A DNA stretch of 64,000 bases from Sphyrna mokarran (lineage: Eukaryota), in NCBI GenBank assembly GCA_024679065.1, contig JAGIQG010000001.1, positions 125,612,001 to 125,676,000 on the forward strand, read 5' to 3'. Below the pieces are notes generated by a model. It was not told where the DNA came from, searched no databases, and saw only the letters and a list, made by a program, of their open reading frames with translations. The translations under genes were made by a program, and so were the position numbers. Positions 25,806 to 38,857 of the stretch are shown one piece after another. Each line of letters opens with the position of its first letter. The stretch's first letter is position 1.

Positions 25806-26760
25806 GGGCCCAATTTTACTAAACATTCAACCATGGTAAATTTGGGCATCGGGCCTGTAATGCGATCTGCACTCAAAACCAAACAGATCGCGCTTTTACC
25901 GATACCCGATTTGGGTGTGGATCCAGTCCACACCCCAATCGGGCAACCCGACGATTTAAATGCATTAGCATTTGCACTGTTACCAATCCGCAGTATAAAA
26001 GTCTGAAGCCGATTCCTATTCCGCAGAGGAACCTCCGAAGCCCATCCTCTTCGAACACTCTTCACAGATCCCCCGCTAATCAACCCCCCCACCCACCCCA
26101 CCCTTCCCATTCCACCCTTCCCATTCCAGGAGGCAGATCCTCCCGGCAGACACTCCCCCGCGATAAGACTGCCCCCCTCCCCCTCCGATAGGCAGGCCCC
26201 CCCCTCGGCAGAGCACACCCCCGGCTTACCTGGATTGCTGCTGTCTCTCCACCGTCCTTCTGAACTGCTGTCATTGATGTGGAGATGCTGGCATTGGACT
26301 GGGGTAAACAAATTAAAGTCCCACAACACCAGGTTGAAGTCCTGTTGGAGTTTAACCTGGTGTTGTGAGACTTCTTACTGGCATTCATTGTCAGTCTGCA
26401 GCACCTTCTGGTCTTCCACTGGCATCTGCTGGAGGAAGTGGGGTGCTCAGATGGATCTCTGGTTGCAGGTGGTGGTGGAGGATGGGGGGGAGGATGGACT
26501 TGGGAGAATCTCCACCAACACCCCGCCCCAACCAGAGATCCTTCTGAGACTGCCCCCCCCCCCACCTTTGGCAGATGCCAGAGGAAGGCCAGCAAGGTGC
26601 AATAGGTGAGGTCCTACAGGACTTCAACCTGGTGTTGTGAGACTTCTTACTGTATTTATCCCAGTCCAAAGAGTGCAGGTCAGAAGGATTTTGGAAGGAG
26701 AGCAGCAATCCAGGTAGGCTGGGGAATGCACTGCCAAGGGAGGGGGCCTGTCTCCTGCAC
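25806..26760. mobile_element. Composite fold-back non-autonomous element containing Penelope pLTR ends
   Basis: Starts gggcccaatttta; about 26190-26350 is inverted relative to about 26611-26755; both arms contain the pLTR terminus. Confidence 0.65.
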
Positions 26761-27059
26761 TCACCCCAGCCCTACAGCCAGAGCAAAAACTAGGCCTGAT
26801 GAGACACATTTTACAGAGGCAGGTCTACCAGATCCAGGTATTCTCCATCTGAGCTACCCATCTCAATAGTGAAAATGTGTGAGATGGACTATGTTGAGGT
26901 TGAACTGAGAATGTTTGAGGAAATAGTCTATCAGTATTCTTGGTTGAGAAGAAGATTCGAGGAAACGGAGAAAAAGGAATGTAATTAACAGCAATATGGT
27001 TCGTCACAGTTGTGTAATTGTGGTGACAGAGTGATAGCCGCTAGCTGAGAGTTATTTGG

Positions 27060-27300
27060 TTCTCACCGTTCCAGATTTAATGAAGTAATTAAACATTTTC
27101 TCATGTTGTATTGGTGTTTCCAGTGCAACATACCTATTATTGACGACCTTAGTAATCTTAAGCCATGCCTGCTTCATAAAGTTGAAATAGGCTTTCCCTC
27201 CCATCCTCAGGAAAAGAGGACTTCTCTCCAAACCCTCACCACCTCCAGCAAGGCCTCGAGGAATGAGTTTAACCACAAAATTCCCACCTCCTTTTTCCAT
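27060..27300 (-). mobile_element. Harbinger Myb/SANT-like DNA-binding gene fragment
   Basis: SFLEALLEVVRVWREVLF (frameshift) KQAWLKITKVVNNRYVALETPIQHEKMFNYFIKSG, followed by a gtgaga donor. Confidence 0.65.
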
Positions 27301-27524
27301 GATCCAGCTGTTTGATTGCCTTCAAAGCAAGTGTTGCTGCAACCTTTCAACCCTTGCTGGGGTCTCTTTAAATGGACAGCCTTCATTGATAGATCCAACA
27401 CATGATCTCACATTACCTCTCAGATCGGCCTGGAGACTTGGTGGTGAGATTTTATTTATTCTTTTGCAGGAGGTTAATTTCACAGGCAACGCCAGAATTT
27501 GTTAAACATTCTTAATTTTTATTA

Positions 27525-29860
27525 ATTTATTCTTTTACAGGATATGGGTAGTGGATTAGGCCAGCATTTATTGCCATTCCAAAATTGCTTTTGAGAAGGT
27601 CATGGTGAGCTGCCTTCTTGAACTGTTGCAGATCACATGGTATAGGTACACCAGCTCCTGACTTCATAGGGAAGAAGTACCAGGATTTTAACCCAGCAAT
27701 TGTGAAGGAATGACAATTACAGATCAAATCAGAACGATGCGTGGCCTGGAGAAGAGTTTGTAGGTAATAGTCTTCCCATGTATCTGCTACACGAGTCTTT
27801 CTAGGTGATAGAGATTGTGGGCTTAGAAAGTGCTGTTGGTAGACCCTTGGTGAGTTGCTGCTATGTATGACACTATGTCAGTGGTGGAGGGAGTGAGTGT
27901 TTATTGTGGTGGATGGAGTGCCAATCAAGTGAACTGCTTCGTCCTGGATGGTGTTGAGCTTCTTGAGTGTTGTTAGAGCCAAATATATCCAGGCAAGTGG
28001 AGAGTATTCCATCATAATCCTGACTTGTGCCTTGTAAATGGTGGAGAAGCTTTGGGAAATCTGGAGGTGAGTTATCTCACTGCCTCTGACCTGAAAATTG
28101 TAGCCACAGAATTTATATAGCTAGATCAGGACATTGTGGAGATGTTCCTCAACATAAAGTCCTTGGCCCAATCATCCTCAGCTGCTTCATCAGTGACCAT
28201 CTCTCTATTATATGGTCAGAATTGAGGTTGTTTACTGACAATTGCATCTGCTCAGTACATCTGTGATTCCTTAGATACTGAAGCAGTCCATGTTCATGTA
28301 TGCATAGGATCAATGGTAACCCCAGGATGTTCTTAATGGGGATTCAGTGATGGTGATGTTATTGAATGTCATGGGGAGATGGTTAGATTCTGCCCTGTTG
28401 AAGATGGTCATTGCACTTCCATGGCATGAACCTTGCTTGCCACTTAACAGTCTAAGCCTCAATGTTGTCCAGGACTTGCTGCATACAGACATGGACCTCA
28501 GATCAGACCTTATGATGAAGAGATATACACTGATCAAGCAGCTGAAAATGGTTAAGCCTAGCACACTATCCTGAGGAGCATCTGCAGTGATGTCCTGGGA
28601 CTGAAATCATTGACCTCTAATAATCACAATCATCTTCCCCTTTGTGGCAGGCATGATTCCAACCAATGGAGAGTTTTCCCCCTGATTCCTTTTGATTTTA
28701 GTTTAGGTTGGGGCTCATTGATGTTAACACCAGTCAAATGCTGCCATAATATCAAGCATAGTCATTCTCATCTTGCCTCTTGAGTTCAGCTCTTTTGTTC
28801 CTGTTTGAACTAAGGCCGTAATGAAGTCAGGAGCTGAGTGGCCATGGCAAACCTAATTAGTGAGCGTGTTACTATTGTTTAAATGCTACTTGATAGGTAC
28901 GTTGATGACATCTTTCACAATGTTACTGATGATCAAGGGCAGCAATTGGCTGGTTAAAATTTGTCTTGCTTTTTTTTCAATTCCAATTCTCTTCAACACC
29001 TAGTGGTGCACCAAGAGAGACTTTCATCTGTTTCCTGGAACAGGTTGCTAATTTGCTGCTGGGGCTTATAGCTTGAGGAGTGCCACTTGACATCAAGTGT
29101 GGCTGACCAGAGATCTTTGCTGCTCTTACCGCCAACCATTCAGGCTGACACACTCAACCTATCTGACCGCATCATGAACGCATTTCTTTGACCATCAAGT
29201 CCTGGGATGGGATCCAAACCCAGAGCTTCTGGCCCAGAGACAGAGACACTATCCACTGCACCACATTTGTCCTGCTTCTTGTGAACAGTACAAACCTGAG
29301 CAATTTTCCACATTCTTGAATTGATGCCAGTTTTATAGCTATACTGGAACATCTTGGCTAGAAGCACAGCTAGTTCTGGAGCACAAGTCATCAGTACTAC
29401 TGGTGGAATGTTGTCAGGGTCTTTGATGTATCCAGTGCCTTGCTTACTCTGCAAGGATCCAAACCCCTACAGTATCCTCAAAGGGAAGACAAGACTTTGT
29501 CTCCACAGGATCATGCGGTGGTTACCCGTACCAATGTAGTCATGGACAGATGCTGTTGAGAGCAAGGACAAGTAATGTCCTACAGGACTTAGCGCAATCA
29601 GTAGTGATACTACTGAGCCACTCTTGGTGATGGGACACTGATGCTCCCACCCAGAATATATTTTGTGCCCTTCACACCCCGCGTGATTTCTCCAATTGAC
29701 ATTCAACATGAAAGAGTGCTGATTCATCAATTGAGGGGGAGGGTCAGGGAGGAGGTAGATGGTAATCAGCAGCAAGTTTAGCCCTGATGTCACCAGACTT
29801 CATGGCATCCATAGTTAATGTTGAGGACCCCAAGATAATTCCCTCGCAACTGGCTGCAAT
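27525..29860 (-). mobile_element. Degraded CR1-clade LINE (ORF2 and 3' end)
   Basis: Minus peptides DPDNIPPVVLMTCAPELAVLLAKMFQYSYKTGI..MWKIAQV..VHKKQDK, LGLTIFSC, NHLPMTFNNITITESP. Confidence 0.85.
28972..29264 (-). mobile_element. tRNA-derived SINE (third family) inserted in the CR1 copy
   Basis: Reverse complement: tgtggtgcagtggatag...gggtttggatccc (A/B boxes) and A-rich tail; flanked by near-identical atttgtcttgctt / atttgtcctgctt TSD. Confidence 0.75.
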
Positions 29861-29994
29861 TGGATTCCTGACATATTAACAACCCATCAGTGTTTACGAC
29901 TTGCAAATTCTGCCCATTAATTCTGTTTTGCTTTCTACAGGTGCTTCCAAACTGGCTGAGTATTTGCAACATTTCCTCTTTTATCTGCATCTCC

Positions 29995-30400
29995 AATTAC
30001 GCTATCATTTCTTTAATCATCAAGCTCCATTGCCTGTGTATAGTTTTTTTCCTCATAGCACTGTAATTTCCAAATGGCTCCATTACTTCACCTTACTTTA
30101 CCTCAACGCATTCTTCCAGCTTACTTGTACCTTCTGCTCTTCTTGACAGATCACAATTGCTTGTCCGCCCTCATTATTTCATCACCAGTAGCTTTTTTTC
30201 AAATCTTTGTGCTCAACACTTTGGAATTTCCTCACTAAATTGCCTGTTCCAAACACTTCCAAAAATCCGCACTCCCCAATATATTTGCAGCACTTATAAT
30301 TTCAAAGTCTACTTTCCAGTTCTGCTCTGCATTCACTCTTCCTCATCCCACTCATCCTTTGATGTGGTCTAAAATGCTTTCTGTTGTAGAACTGCTTTAA
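29995..30400 (+). mobile_element. L2-clade LINE 3' fragment (degraded)
   Basis: Pyrimidine-rich L2-like 3' region (ctttggaatttcctcactaaa...aaaatgcttt). Confidence 0.45.
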
Positions 30401-31443
30401 TATTTTTAAAGTTCATTAGCATGTCACCAAAATTGTTAACAGACAGCATGATTATACTATCAGCTAAGCATTTCATCTTCCATACTCTGATTCAGGTCTC
30501 CTTTCAGAAATTCTGCATTTTAATATATTTTCTTTAATGTGTAGTACTGTATTACTTTGCAATGCACCAATATGGTTAGATATTTCCAGACTAAACAGGA
30601 CTATCATATTTAAGTCTAGAATTGGTGCATTTTTGCGAGAGTTAAAACCACAAGTAAGTGCAATATTATGCTTCTGTGGCAGTTTTATTGTTTGTTCTAG
30701 TGATAATATTACATTTTGTGGTATGTTCTAAACACTGACTGATAGCTTTGCCAAGAGTTTTTGACCATAAAGACGATCACCTCAACATGGCATGTTTCCC
30801 ACAAAATAAGCTGGAGCAAACTGGGGAAGATGAAGCATTGATCTGTATTCATGAAGCAATACCCAGAACCCAGCCAATAAGTAGATTTCAAGAATTCATT
30901 AGAAACTGCTTCTGAAAGACTTAACTGACACGCTGCCTGAATTGAGCCATGTGTCATCTGGTTCTGGGCAAAATGTTCTCTCCATTTCCTCGCCAGTTGG
31001 CAGATTAATGGATTTTATTTGAAGGCACATTGCTTTTGATCTCTTGTGCTTCAAGAAAAAGCCAAATGATGGTGAACTCCACTGTTCAGGCCAATAGTGA
31101 ATCAGTATAATACTGAAGACTGAAGAAAATTTTTACACCATCTAAATCAATGATCAAACATGTTTGGAACTTGTTTTCTTTAATGCTTTTGCATATGAAG
31201 ATTAATTGCAAAACATACACTCATATGTATCATTTCCAGTTTTGTTCAGTAAGAGGCAGACTGTCAATGATCATTCCCCAGCAAATGAAAGTTCACTTCT
31301 CCCTATACAAAGAACAAACAAAGAACAAAGAACAAAACAGCACGGGAAACAGGCCCTACGGCCCAACGAGCCCACACCGCCACCTCGATGTTCCCACCTC
31401 TACCTGTTAAACCTTGAAGGGAAAACTGTATTTCAGACTCAGT

Positions 31444-31569
31444 GGGCAGAATTTTCCCATCCCGCCCACTATGGGAATCGTAATGGGTGGAATAGGACAT
31501 GCAAAAGTCCACTGACCTTGGGTGAGATTTTCCAGCTTTGAGGGAAGCATGGCTGTAAAATCCCACCCC
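31444..31569 (-). mobile_element. Short MITE (~125 bp family)
   Basis: gggcagaattttcc...ccactgacc...gtaaaatcccaccc; homologous to 33854-33978, about 31920-32015, about 18850-18966 and the split copy at 63031/63854. Confidence 0.65.
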
Positions 31570-33853
31570 ATAAATACTCCTGACATCCCATTCATTTCAA
31601 TCAATATTCAATTGTTAGGGATCAGACAGATAATCTCCCATTCATATGAAAGCCCTATTTAGACAGAATTCCATTAAACGGTGTCTTTTTTATAATATTG
31701 ATCCCATCAGTATTGTAATCTTGTGTAATCTGTTTAATACGCGTGCTGACTTTCAAATGTACAGAGTGCTACAACCACAGTGCCACTCAATATTCTGGAT
31801 TGAGGACTGTATCCAGCCAAACTCATTCTTTATAGAGAGAAATTGAGCATCAAGTGACATAACAGTGAAGGATATTGACTATAGCCCGGCTGGGTCATTT
31901 GCTGGTAGCACTCGCCTTTTGGGTGGGTTTTTCCAGCCATGCTCGCCCTGAAACTGGAAAATCCTGCCCGAGGTCAATGAACCTTTCCTTGTCTGTCCCT
32001 CACCCACTCCAAGACAATAAAACTGGCCAGGTTATCACTTGTCCAGTTGGTGGGCGGGAGACTACAGCAGGTTATTTAAATGAAGCCTTGTTGTTAAGAC
32101 CAACAAGGCCTCCACATTCCTACTTCTTTCCCCACTCAACCACACTCCTTCACCTTTACCATCAATCACTGATATAAAGGTCTGTATGCTTGTTACTTGG
32201 ACAGATACAAATATAATGTCTTACTTACAATTTAGAAAGCCATAAAAAGATAACTTATAGCAAATTAAGTTGTTTTTATAATATTATGTTAGCTAAATCA
32301 CTGTAAAGTTTTAATCACTGTATGAGTTGGTCTCAGTCAGGCATGGGCATTAAATCAAGTACTTATAGACTCAAATGAATCGAAGTACAAAATATGTGCA
32401 TTTCTATATTCTTACTGATACAAACTGTACAATAATTGGATGAATTTGTATATAATAGTATTATCTTGACCCACATGTGTCACTGGAATTTTTGGGAGTC
32501 AAAACCCTAGAGTAGTGATTTAGGAGGTTGATAAGATCCATTACCACAAGGCAGTATCAGTGTTAAGAACAGGGTCACCTTTCAGCTTGGCTGGTACTTT
32601 TGAGGTAAGTTTTAAATGATACTATTGTTTCAATAAAGCTCATTTTTGTGGTATCTTTGATTATGAAATTCAGAGCATTAATGAGACAAGAAAGTAAGTG
32701 CTTAATGTAAATCAGACTGATCTTCTGTCTCCCTATCAACTTATGATCTCCTGACATGGCATTTTTGAATTGTTTCACAAACCTGTAACAGAATTCATAC
32801 AATATGACTTCAGACCAAATCGTCATCTGGACTTGGAGAAACTCGACCTGTACACTTTCGCAGCTCACAAACTGCATACCCAACCCACGTGTGACCTCAC
32901 GTGCCATTTTTGACTTTTACACCGGGGTCAGGCTGGTAGTGCAGTTTGGGAGCCATGCTGGAGTGTGAGAGAAGTCTCAGTGCAGAGGTGGGTCAGTTAG
33001 AAGGCCTCCCTCACTTCTCCAACACAATATCCCAGCCTCCTAAACCCTGCCAATTCATGCCATCTCAGGTTTCCCCTACCACTTCTATGTACCCCAAGTA
33101 TCCACCATGTCCCTACAGATCAATGATGCCACCGGGATGACCCTCCCTCCCCCATATATCCTCCAAAGCCACTCACCCAGGATGCAGTCCTTAAAGTCCA
33201 TACAATATTAATAGAAAATATTACACTCTCTTTGGAGAAAATAAATGAAAACCTCACAATTTAATAAAAACCATCATGTCACTGAGACCGAGTGAAAATG
33301 CATTCTGACATGTGAAAAAGCCTTGTAATATCTGGAATTCTAGCAACTGGAATTCTATCAACTTATCTCAACTTAATAAAAATAACATTAAGGGCACAAT
33401 CTGTTATTACAACCTTTTGAAACTTCCATTCATTCTCAGATGAATGGAACTATGCTGAAACTATTACACATTTATTATTATTAAACTATTACTACTACTA
33501 TGTTGAAACTATTACACACATTATCCAGGCATTGACAATGGTCACAGCTCTACGGACAATATATTATTCTCTGGAAAAGAAAGAACAGATGGTACTTGTT
33601 TCAATTTCCAACCAAAGCATTGTAATATGCTTACAACAGATATTAGCATGACAACATTAGAAGAGAAGTGTGTCTTGTGATTGAATCTTACTTTCATTTT
33701 TGATTATGAGAAGAGCATGCACACAAAGCTCTGCTGCTTTATACCATTGTATATCTGTTCTTAGTATCCCTATTCAAAATAAATGAATCCATAACCCATT
33801 TACAGTATCATTTATAAGCAATTGGTTTTTTTATCATTACAACACGACATAGA

Positions 33854-33978
33854 GGGTGGGATTTTACAGCCTCGGTCAACCCAAGATTGGAAAGTCCCAC
33901 CTGAGGTCAACGGACATTTCCATTGCCCTCCCCTCGCCTGCTCCAATTCCATGGCAGGAAAGGCGGTAGAATTCCGGC
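33854..33978 (+). mobile_element. Short MITE (~125 bp family)
   Basis: gggtgggattttacagcc...gaggtcaacggac...ggtagaattccggc. Confidence 0.65.
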
Positions 33979-35059
33979 AAGAGTATCTATGAGTAAGTGT
34001 AACAGAGCAGGTAGTTAGATTTTTTCAAATGTCAAGAGCAATTTTTTTTTAAATCAGCCAGAGCCACATAAATCACAATTGAAAAGGTGATAGCGCATCT
34101 GGTAGGATATTTTGTAACATTTAATTGGAAAAGCACCACATGAACAAATACCCAATGCTGGCCAATGTAAGGGCCTACTTACCTATAACAGTTAGATCTC
34201 TATGATGAACCACTGCATTAAACGCACATCTATATTACAATACAACACTTAAAATTATGTTTCAAAATATTCCAGACTCCTCAGTGTGTTTTTGATTTTG
34301 TTCGTGAGTTCTTAAACTTGGTGCACTTTCAGTGCCTTCAAATAGCCAGACAAAAATGCAGAGCAAAAGAAATCCAATTTTCATCCCCAGTTTAAAATGG
34401 GAAACCCAATATGTGCATTTTCAACACTAGGCATTCCCGGCCCACAAAAAGGACAGAGGAAATGGCGCAGAGTTTGGAATGTGGAGGAAAATCTGATTTC
34501 TTCCAAAAAAAATCTGAGTATGGCAATTCATGTACTGAAACACACCTCCGCACCCAAATGAGAATTCAATCTCAAAAAGAGTCTCCATCATACACTATTT
34601 GGGTTTGCCAAAAGTCTTGATTGGAGAACAGAAACTCAAAATGCCTTGGAAAACAAACCTGCTGTGTACTGCTCACAGAATGATTTTCTTGCACTTGCAA
34701 TAACAGCATGAAGCAAGATCAATGCCGAGAAAAGAATAAAGACAGCATGTACTGCATGAAATAGAGGAATTCACCTTGAACCTTCTTCTCTGTGCTTTTG
34801 GATCAAGATATAAAATAGAAATCAGATGATTTAAATGCCTTGTTGAATGACTGTTAGACTTTGGAAGAACCAGAAACCAATAATAGTACAAACAGGTTAT
34901 TATGTTTACCTAAGTTTCACTCAAAAGTGGCTGTTGAAAAAAAAACTAAAAATTTGATACTACTTTAGATTTTTCTTTTGCTTATGATACTTTAACCCAT
35001 TCTCCTGTTTGAGACCCCAATCCTCATAGATTCACAACTTGTCTGTCATTGAGCTGAGA

Positions 35060-36365
35060 GTTAGTAAGCTTTCGTAAATTGCCTGGTAACAAGTTCATAC
35101 CATTCCTCAACTTCTATCTCCATTTTTGTGGTTACGCTATCAACAAGTATTCACTATAAGCCCACTAACTTCTTGAGTTATTTAGCATACACTTGTCATT
35201 GCCAGCTCCTATAAGGATTGCATTCTATTCTCTTACTTTCTCTGTCTCCAACGTATTTGCTGTGATGATACAATCTTTCAAACCACTTCTTCTGATTTTT
35301 CTTTTTTTCCCACAACCAACTCTGTCCTTATAGCCTTGACCACGTCCACTCCATTTCCCACATTTCTGCTCTCACACCTTCTCCTCCTTCCCAGAACAAT
35401 CCTTGCTTTCATCTTCCACCACAGCAGCTTCTGAATTTAGTGGATCATTCTCAATTATTTCCATCACCTTCAACATGACCAGCCATATCTCCCTTCCCCT
35501 CATCCATTTTCAGCATTCTGATGGTACCATTCCCTTTGCAACGCTCATCCTCATCCCATGGGAGCTTTCCATACAAGCGCAGAAAATGCAACACTTGACC
35601 TACTATCTCCTTTCTTCTCAATTTTGAAGGCCTCAAACACTCCTCCCAAGACAAGGGGTGATTTACTTGTACTTTACTTAACTTGTACGCTGTATTCATT
35701 TTCACTAAGTGTTCTGCTCCACATCGTTGGTGGAGGGAAGCAAAAACAGATTGGATGAGTGCTTTGTGAACCATCTCTGTTAAGTCTGCAAGTGAGACCT
35801 AGAGCTCCCAATTGTCTGTCAGTTTAATTCTGAACCTTGCTCTCACACTGACCTCTGTGCCCACAGAATGGAGCTCAAAGAAGCTAGAGAAACAGCACAT
35901 CATCTTCCATTTAGGCACTTTACAGCCTTCCAAATGCAATGCTGAGTTCAAAAATTTCAGAGGATAACTGCTTCTATCATTTTGCTTTCTTTAACTTTAC
36001 AGGTATTGGTTTTACTCTCACCCTTCTCTTTGTTTATGATTTCAGGTGGTAGTTGCCACTCAGCTGTCTACACATCCACTGGACATACCTTTTGCTTCTT
36101 TGTCTCATTGCCACTTGTTTTGGCTTTGCACCACAGACTCTTTTGCATTTAATATTTCCTGTCTTCCGTCCTATTACAGACTTCCCTTCTGATCTTTTCC
36201 CACTGTCCCCATTCTCACTTGTTTGAAACCTGTTACTTTTCTAACTTGCCCCAGTTCTGATAGAGGTCAGCAGTCTAAAATGTTAACTCTGTTCCTCTCT
36301 CCACAGATGCTGCCAGACCTGCTGAATGCTTCCATGATTTTCTGTTTTTAATTCAGATTTCCAAT
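35060..36365 (+). mobile_element. Degraded Penelope-like element (RT C-terminus, GIY-YIG endonuclease, pLTR)
   Basis: Peptides TSIHYKPTN, FLCLQRICCDD, RRKCNT, RLDECFVNHL..V, ELPIVCQFNS; 3' pLTR with degenerate ctgat..agg hammerhead relic near 36257. Confidence 0.75.
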
Positions 36366-36500
36366 TTTTTTGAAATATCACGGACTGTGTTTGGCAATTT
36401 TGTTTTAACATACTGAACTTACCTAGTGTCTTCATAATACTTCATTCCGGTCTTTGAAAATAAATCATCACATCAGACCTCACTGGAAATGAAAGATATC

Positions 36501-37470
36501 AGGGGCAATTTTCCAGTCTCACTGCACCTGGCGCAGATTGCACCTATCCCGGAAAATTGTCTGTGGCCTAAAAACAGGCTTCAGGGCTGGCGCAAAACCG
36601 TTTGCAATTATCCCAGTCCTTTGTTATTGTCACAAGACCGATTAGCACATTTAAAGTAGCACTAAACATGCTTAGGCCATTCAGCTGGATTCTCCCGGCT
36701 TCCATGATCTTCTGACTCTCCAGTGCAACACAAACCCAACAAGAATCACCATAGTCTTGTGGAAACCAGGTGTGATCGTGGATATAAAGGCATTTGAGTT
36801 CCCAGGTGTTCAGGTACATGGACAGATAGTGCCTATCTGCCTGTGCCCATCTGGCATACTGGCAGTGCCCATCTGGTAGTGCACTAGGGCAGTGCCAAAG
36901 GGGTGGGGCATGAATGGGGATTATGACGGGAGGGCTATGCAGCGGGCTTTGACAGGTGGCTCGTGAACGTGTGAGTCATGAAGGGATAGATATATGGGGG
37001 TCATTAAGGGCAGGAAGCATTGTGAGGGTCCCAGTGCTCTGATGCCTGCGATACGTGTAGAGGAGGGAATGGGGAAACATGCCACCAATGAGGGAGGGTC
37101 TGGTTCTAATATCTGGGGGGAGTGAAGGAATCTCCCAGTGCACTGTCAGATCAGGACGCCCTTTCAAAACGGTGCTCAAATCACTTTGCAACTGGGCCTC
37201 AGTGACATGTTTAGGCCCTGCCCTCCCAGAACGAGCACGCAGCTTACCACTCTCCCAAAAAATGACTTTGTGTGAAACAGTTGTGGTCCAGTCTTGCTCC
37301 GGTTTACACACCGTTATGACACTTAGAGTGGGAAGACCGGAAATTCCTGCCTGAGTTCGAGTAACGTTTGAATGGTCCACCAACTTTACTGTCTCACCCA
37401 TTACAATCCTATGGCATGCAAGATGGGAAAATACAGGCTTTAATCATTCTTAATGAAAATCCCGCCCACT
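36501..37470. mobile_element. GC-rich non-autonomous DNA transposon (Harbinger-like)
   Basis: Begins ggggcaattttcc and ends gaaaatcccgccc (inverted termini). Confidence 0.55.
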
Positions 37471-38857
37471 ACAGATATTTACTTTAGAAATTATGAATAA
37501 CAAATAAATCATTTTTGTGTTGTGTGTGCCGCCACTTTTTTATCATACATTCCAATGTCCACATTTAGTGAAAAATGACATTATACACTACCATGGTGGG
37601 ATTCTATCCTCATATGTTGATGGATCTCACCTTTATATCTCCCAGTTCCAGATTTGTATTGCAGAAAACATCCTAGTAACTTTGTTTCTCTCCTTCCCAA
37701 ATAAACTTACATTTTTTGATAACATACTTTGATTTTAGATTATCTAAAAAGTAAAGGCAGAATATAGGGAGGCAATCTTAAAAAAATTGGCAAAGTGTTG
37801 GTATTGGCAAGAAAACCAGCAGTCCAGAGAAACAGATCAATTTTCTCTCCAGATTTTACCATACTCTGCCAAAAAGAACTAGGTGGAGTCAAAGTTGGAG
37901 CCGGCATCTCTCTCCACATCCCTGATTGGAGTTGGAATCTCTGCCTGGCCTTGTCCCCCTCCCACGAGTGCCATATTGAACTTTACACCCCAGGGAGATC
38001 CCCATGATAGGGTTACATAGACACAGTTTGAATATATAGCAGTCAATTGCAAAGGATGGGGGGTGTTAATAACATGTAAATCTATTAAGATATAGTTAAG
38101 TCCAGTTCATACCCATTATGGCCATGAACCTGATTACAGCATTGTTGAGAGGCAGCGAAAATCAGAAGTTGCAATCTCACTGGCAAGATCCGTGACTTCC
38201 AGTTTTCGCCACATCTTAAACTCTTGCCAGCAATCTTGCAGACGGCGAGCATGGGCTCATGATCCTGTCCTACGATTTTAAGATCAAACTAAATTACATT
38301 TGAATGCAGTGGTCTAATTTCCACCCACTCCTCTGTCCTCACTGTTGATAAAATTTAGTCTTAATTCTCCACATGCAAGACACAGATTTGATTACCATGA
38401 AATCACTTTGCTCATGTGCCTGTGGACTGCTAACACTTGGTTGCAATCGCAAGGCAGTCCGGCGACAGTAAATTCTGTTATTCTTATTTTGTTTGTGGTG
38501 AGACTTTTTAGGAAAACCCCTCAGCAACTGTGCAGAAAGCAACAGTTAAACTTTCAGATTGATGACCTTTCATCAGAACTGGAAGATGCTGCAGAGGAAC
38601 AGCTTTTAGACAAATACAGAACCATGCAAAACTGTGTGTGTGGCCGGGGTAGGGGAGAGAGGAAAAGATCAAAAAGAAATTTCTATGTTAGGATGGACTT
38701 TTATCATTGAATCATTCCTGTTTTTTTACCTCATCACAAATCTCTGGTTTTTGTTCGTTTCCTGCTTTCATGCCTATTCACCTTTCCCTGGTACAATATT
38801 TGGATAAAAATTCTAACATTTTACACTTCAAGTGAAAGGTCATTGACCTGGGACAAT

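Noticed and set aside
25802-26595. Long 171-175-aa ORFs
   Set aside because: Low-complexity Gly/Pro translations of a GC-rich repeat.
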